Made by a program: the position numbers and the translations under genes. The notes beneath the pieces were generated by a model. That model was not told where the DNA came from. It did not search any database and saw only the letters and a program-made list of their open reading frames with translations. Positions 60,770 to 64,000 of a stretch of 64,000 nt of DNA are shown one piece after another. Numbering within the stretch: the stretch's first letter is position 1; the number at the start of each line of letters is the position of its first letter. Source of the DNA: Perkinsus chesapeaki ATCC PRA-425 (Eukaryota; Protista; Perkinsozoa); NCBI GenBank assembly GCA_013115145.1, contig JAAPAO010000121.1:1-64000 (forward strand). The letters run 5' to 3'.

Positions 60770-61903
60770 TCACCAACGACCTCCATCAGCAGCTGATGAT
60801 CAGCTTTTTTGTAAGGAAATACTACGTTGATGATCTGAGGATATATCCTACTATTATCCGAGTATTTATGTCTTGATGTACTCTTGGGAGATCGAGTGAC
60901 TTGAAGTTTTGTGAAAGCCAGAACGAGTAGCTAGCATGTTACGTGTCTTAGGATGAATGTGGTGTTGCCTATCCAGCTCTCGTTGTTTCATTTCTGTAAC
61001 TGTGATGCCCTGCGTATCCACAAATCCCGCTTCAGTTCGCATCAATGTCTTTCGTTCGAACTTAATAAACATAACAACACTAGTGTCAAGTGAGAGGAAG
61101 CAGTAGCGAGAACTGCAAATCTCGACCGGAGAGATAATCCGGCGAACTGTGCCATACGATCTCTGATAACCTCTGCCTCCAATGATAGAAGTTATGTCCT
61201 ATAGTCTATAATACAAAGTCTCTGATAGAGACTCTCTATATCTGTTTGTATTCAAACTGTATTTAAGTCCATAATGACGACCCCCAACGTCGTTGGGCCA
61301 ACGACACCTACGCTGCTCTCGCGGAATTCCGAAACGCTCCGGGCTTCGGTTCTTGTGATTGCTGAAGGGTAGGAAGAACCTCCGAGCTGGAAGCTCCAAG
61401 CCCATGCGAGCGTAGAATAGCTAACGTATGAGTGCAGCTGTGAATCACAACTATAATCATAGCGGCGCTGATCGAGAATAAAAAAGTCCCTAACAAATTT
61501 CCCAGAAGCTTTGTGGGTAGAGCTACCCTCCAGTTGCGAGCCGTTGGCAAGAGGGCTTTATTCCTCAAGGGTCTTCGTGATGGGCCAGTTACTTACATAG
61601 GCATCTCTCATGCTGACTCTCGGACATGTGTGTTTCTAGGTCATTACGTCCCAGTTCTAGCCGAGCAAGTCCACGGGTCGGGTTTGAACCAGGGTTTCAC
61701 TAATGGGTTGGTAAATATTATGGTGTGAATATTTCTTGTCGGAAAGTTTGCAAGAAATAATTGAACCAGAAATAGATAACAATCTAAAAAAACTCCTGGC
61801 TCCGCTTGGGGCGGAACCTCCGCCGCGGGAGACCGTCAATGAGTTACAAGACTCGGACGCACAAGCCTAACCAGTGTTCCCGAAGCTAGAGTCATAGTAC
61901 CTG

Positions 61904-61944
61904 TCGCTGAGGGTACCTAATTCAGAATTAGATACCCTCAGCGA
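61904..61944. other. Near-perfect 41-bp palindrome
   Basis: tcgctgagggtacctaattc-a-gaattagataccctcagcga: 20-bp arms, one mismatch, 1-nt loop. Confidence 0.9.
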
Positions 61945-62499
61945 ATTATTAATTCTGCCCCCTGTCAGAGACCATCATAAGAGCTGCGCTTCTGGTGAAC
62001 ATATTCGTATGGTTTATTTGTATGGCCTCTCTAGCGCGGAACTGCAGAGCTCCGCTGTGGCAGCCTATTCCAAAGCTGCATTATAAATGCTTTGCGTAAC
62101 CAGTGCTTACTAACCACTTTCACCTTTGACTTTCCGTTGCTGGCTCTCTTTTTTATATACTCGAGTCCCCCCAAAATGAGGGCCTCATTTCACACATAAT
62201 GGGATTGTTTCACGTGTGAGGACGAGCACTACAGGGAAAATCACATGTTTAAACTTATCACTGGTTTACTTTGCTTCTAATATTCTTATTCAATACTGTC
62301 TTTCGTCCATAGTAGTTGCTTCGAACAGTTGTGGTTATTTCTGCAACTATTACGTATGGAGACACTTGCAGGCCGTAGTTCCTTGGTCAAGTGTGGTTTG
62401 AGATACCGTGTAGTGTTGCATCGTCGTTATACTTTATGCTCGGCAATGAAGCCACTCTCTCCTGTTCGCACTTTAAACTCAACATGATTGCCGGTTTGC

Positions 62500-63910
62500 T
62501 AAAGCTCGCTTACGCCACTTGTGGGCAATGAAAAAAACCGTGAAGCGGCGGGGATCGAACAAGTTTAAGCGTCGCCGCTGTTCCTAACCAACTACATAGA
62601 GAAAGGTGAGCACTACGAAGCTGAACAGCAAGCCAGGAATACTGACCTGAGATCAAATGGTTAGCATTCCTCCGTTTATTCCACCAACTCTGCGCCGAGC
62701 CCTCGCTCGACTTTCTCTAGGATAAAGCCTACCTGAGCGTCTTGAGTGACACTAGAGATCCCTAACGCTGTTGATAAGCCAAATATGAGAAGGCTGTGGG
62801 CCGATGCCTGGTCAACGAACTTGAAGTTCTCATCAGTCTCGGGGGTGAAGCATACAAGGTTACTGAGGCATGATATGAGATTCGAAAACGCGTGATAACA
62901 GAATTACAACAACTAGTGATGACAAACAAGCATGAAACGCTATTTTCATTCATATCTCTACTTACATCAGCCATAACGATCTTGGTAAAGCGGCCAAGGT
63001 GAGCAAGAAGCCATAACAGCTGTAGTGGATAGCTACCCATACAGATATGAGATGTGCTCCAATTATAAGCCCGCCAAAGTATCTAGTCAAAACTGATATT
63101 CGAAGAGTAAGACTGAGATCGTCTAATATACGAAATCAATCCGTTATCACAGTAACGAATTCTGCGATGTTAGTAGTAGGGCCGGACCCTCGGTACATTC
63201 GACTTCCTTTCGTGCCAAGCATTCCTTCTAATGTATAACAGCCAGCCTTCCAGTCACATTTCATATCCCTGATATTATTGGCGCTCAGTATCTGAAGAAG
63301 TTTATCAATATCTTTCTTGCAGAATTGTCTATTCCTTACCACTGTAACCATCATGGCCACTGGTAAGGTAAAGAGGAGTAATTCGGGTATTTTACCGGAG
63401 GATTGGGCCGAGTCGGTCAGACTTAGCACGAAGTGCATAACGTTGAGGGGCCCGAAGCAGAGGAACCTATTGAGTAGGAATGCCACAGACTTGAGCACTT
63501 GTATTTGAACTTACACTACTGCATTCCCAAGACCGATATACTTCAATGGTATCGGAGCTGCTGTGTAGGTGATCTATGAAGAAGCTCCTCAGGCTTTGCC
63601 CAAACACGCATTAATTACGGCGAGAATGGCCCCAATTATGATTATCATCTGTCGGCATTGTAGAAAGCTGCGTCGATGCCACGGATGTAGTGAGCCGACA
63701 GAGATAAGAATATGGTCAGCAAAGCCACCGAAGATACCATCTGGTGTAAAAGTAATCAGGAATAGTGAAAGCTAGAAGGACCTTACAATAGCTTTTATAG
63801 AAAGGCGGCCGTTCAGGACTGTCATATCCGAGTTGGCGAAATCTGCCTTGTCTACGCCATTTCGCCAGTCAGCTAGTGAGTTCACTTGGTTCGCTAAGGA
63901 TTGCATTACG
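62500..63910 (-). CDS. Multi-exon, multi-pass membrane protein of unrecognised family, probably extending beyond the window end
   Basis: Exon-like hydrophobic segments ILSMVVMQSLANQ...LSIKAI|gtaagg, FLLNRFLCFGPLNVMHFVL, LLLFTLPVAMMV, SLLIFGLSTALGISS and VSIPGLLFSFVVLTFLY, bounded by GT-AG. Confidence 0.45.
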
Positions 63911-64000
63911 ACCATCGATAGAATCTGAGGAGTTGGTTGAAGGGAGTTTACTTCACCAAACGGGACTCGAACTCACCAGTTCACTAGCACGCTGAGCCGA

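Overview
This is eukaryotic DNA with short GT-AG introns, dense gene packing and two assembly N-gaps. I infer an alveolate, most likely Perkinsus, from the expanded subtilisins, a CRT-like transporter, a signal-peptide GNAT and lineage-specific secreted proteins; this was not checked against a database. The left ~17.5 kb is housekeeping-like and split into two strand blocks. The minus block has a small Cys-tailed protein, a multi-exon poxvirus VP39/kinetoplastid MTr2-3-like cap 2'-O-methyltransferase and PRP4 kinase. The plus block has an ABHD hydrolase, a NIF/CTD phosphatase, a BtpA-like barrel fused to an APRT-like domain, a hypothetical gene and a CRT-like transporter. The rest is accessory-rich: five subtilisins (one with a nonsense codon), an 8.3-kb DCAF8-like WD40+TPR gene with an antisense GNAT gene nested in an intron, two diverged Cys-rich type I membrane paralogs, a three-repeat secreted protein with a poly-Thr tract, two intronic minisatellites and a dispersed MITE-like repeat. 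The best lead is the VP39-like cap methyltransferase, which has an intact K-D-K-E tetrad and a TGS1-like tail motif and may belong to a spliced-leader cap-modification pathway. No rRNA, convincing tRNA or CRISPR array was found. Exon boundaries were read by eye and are approximate.
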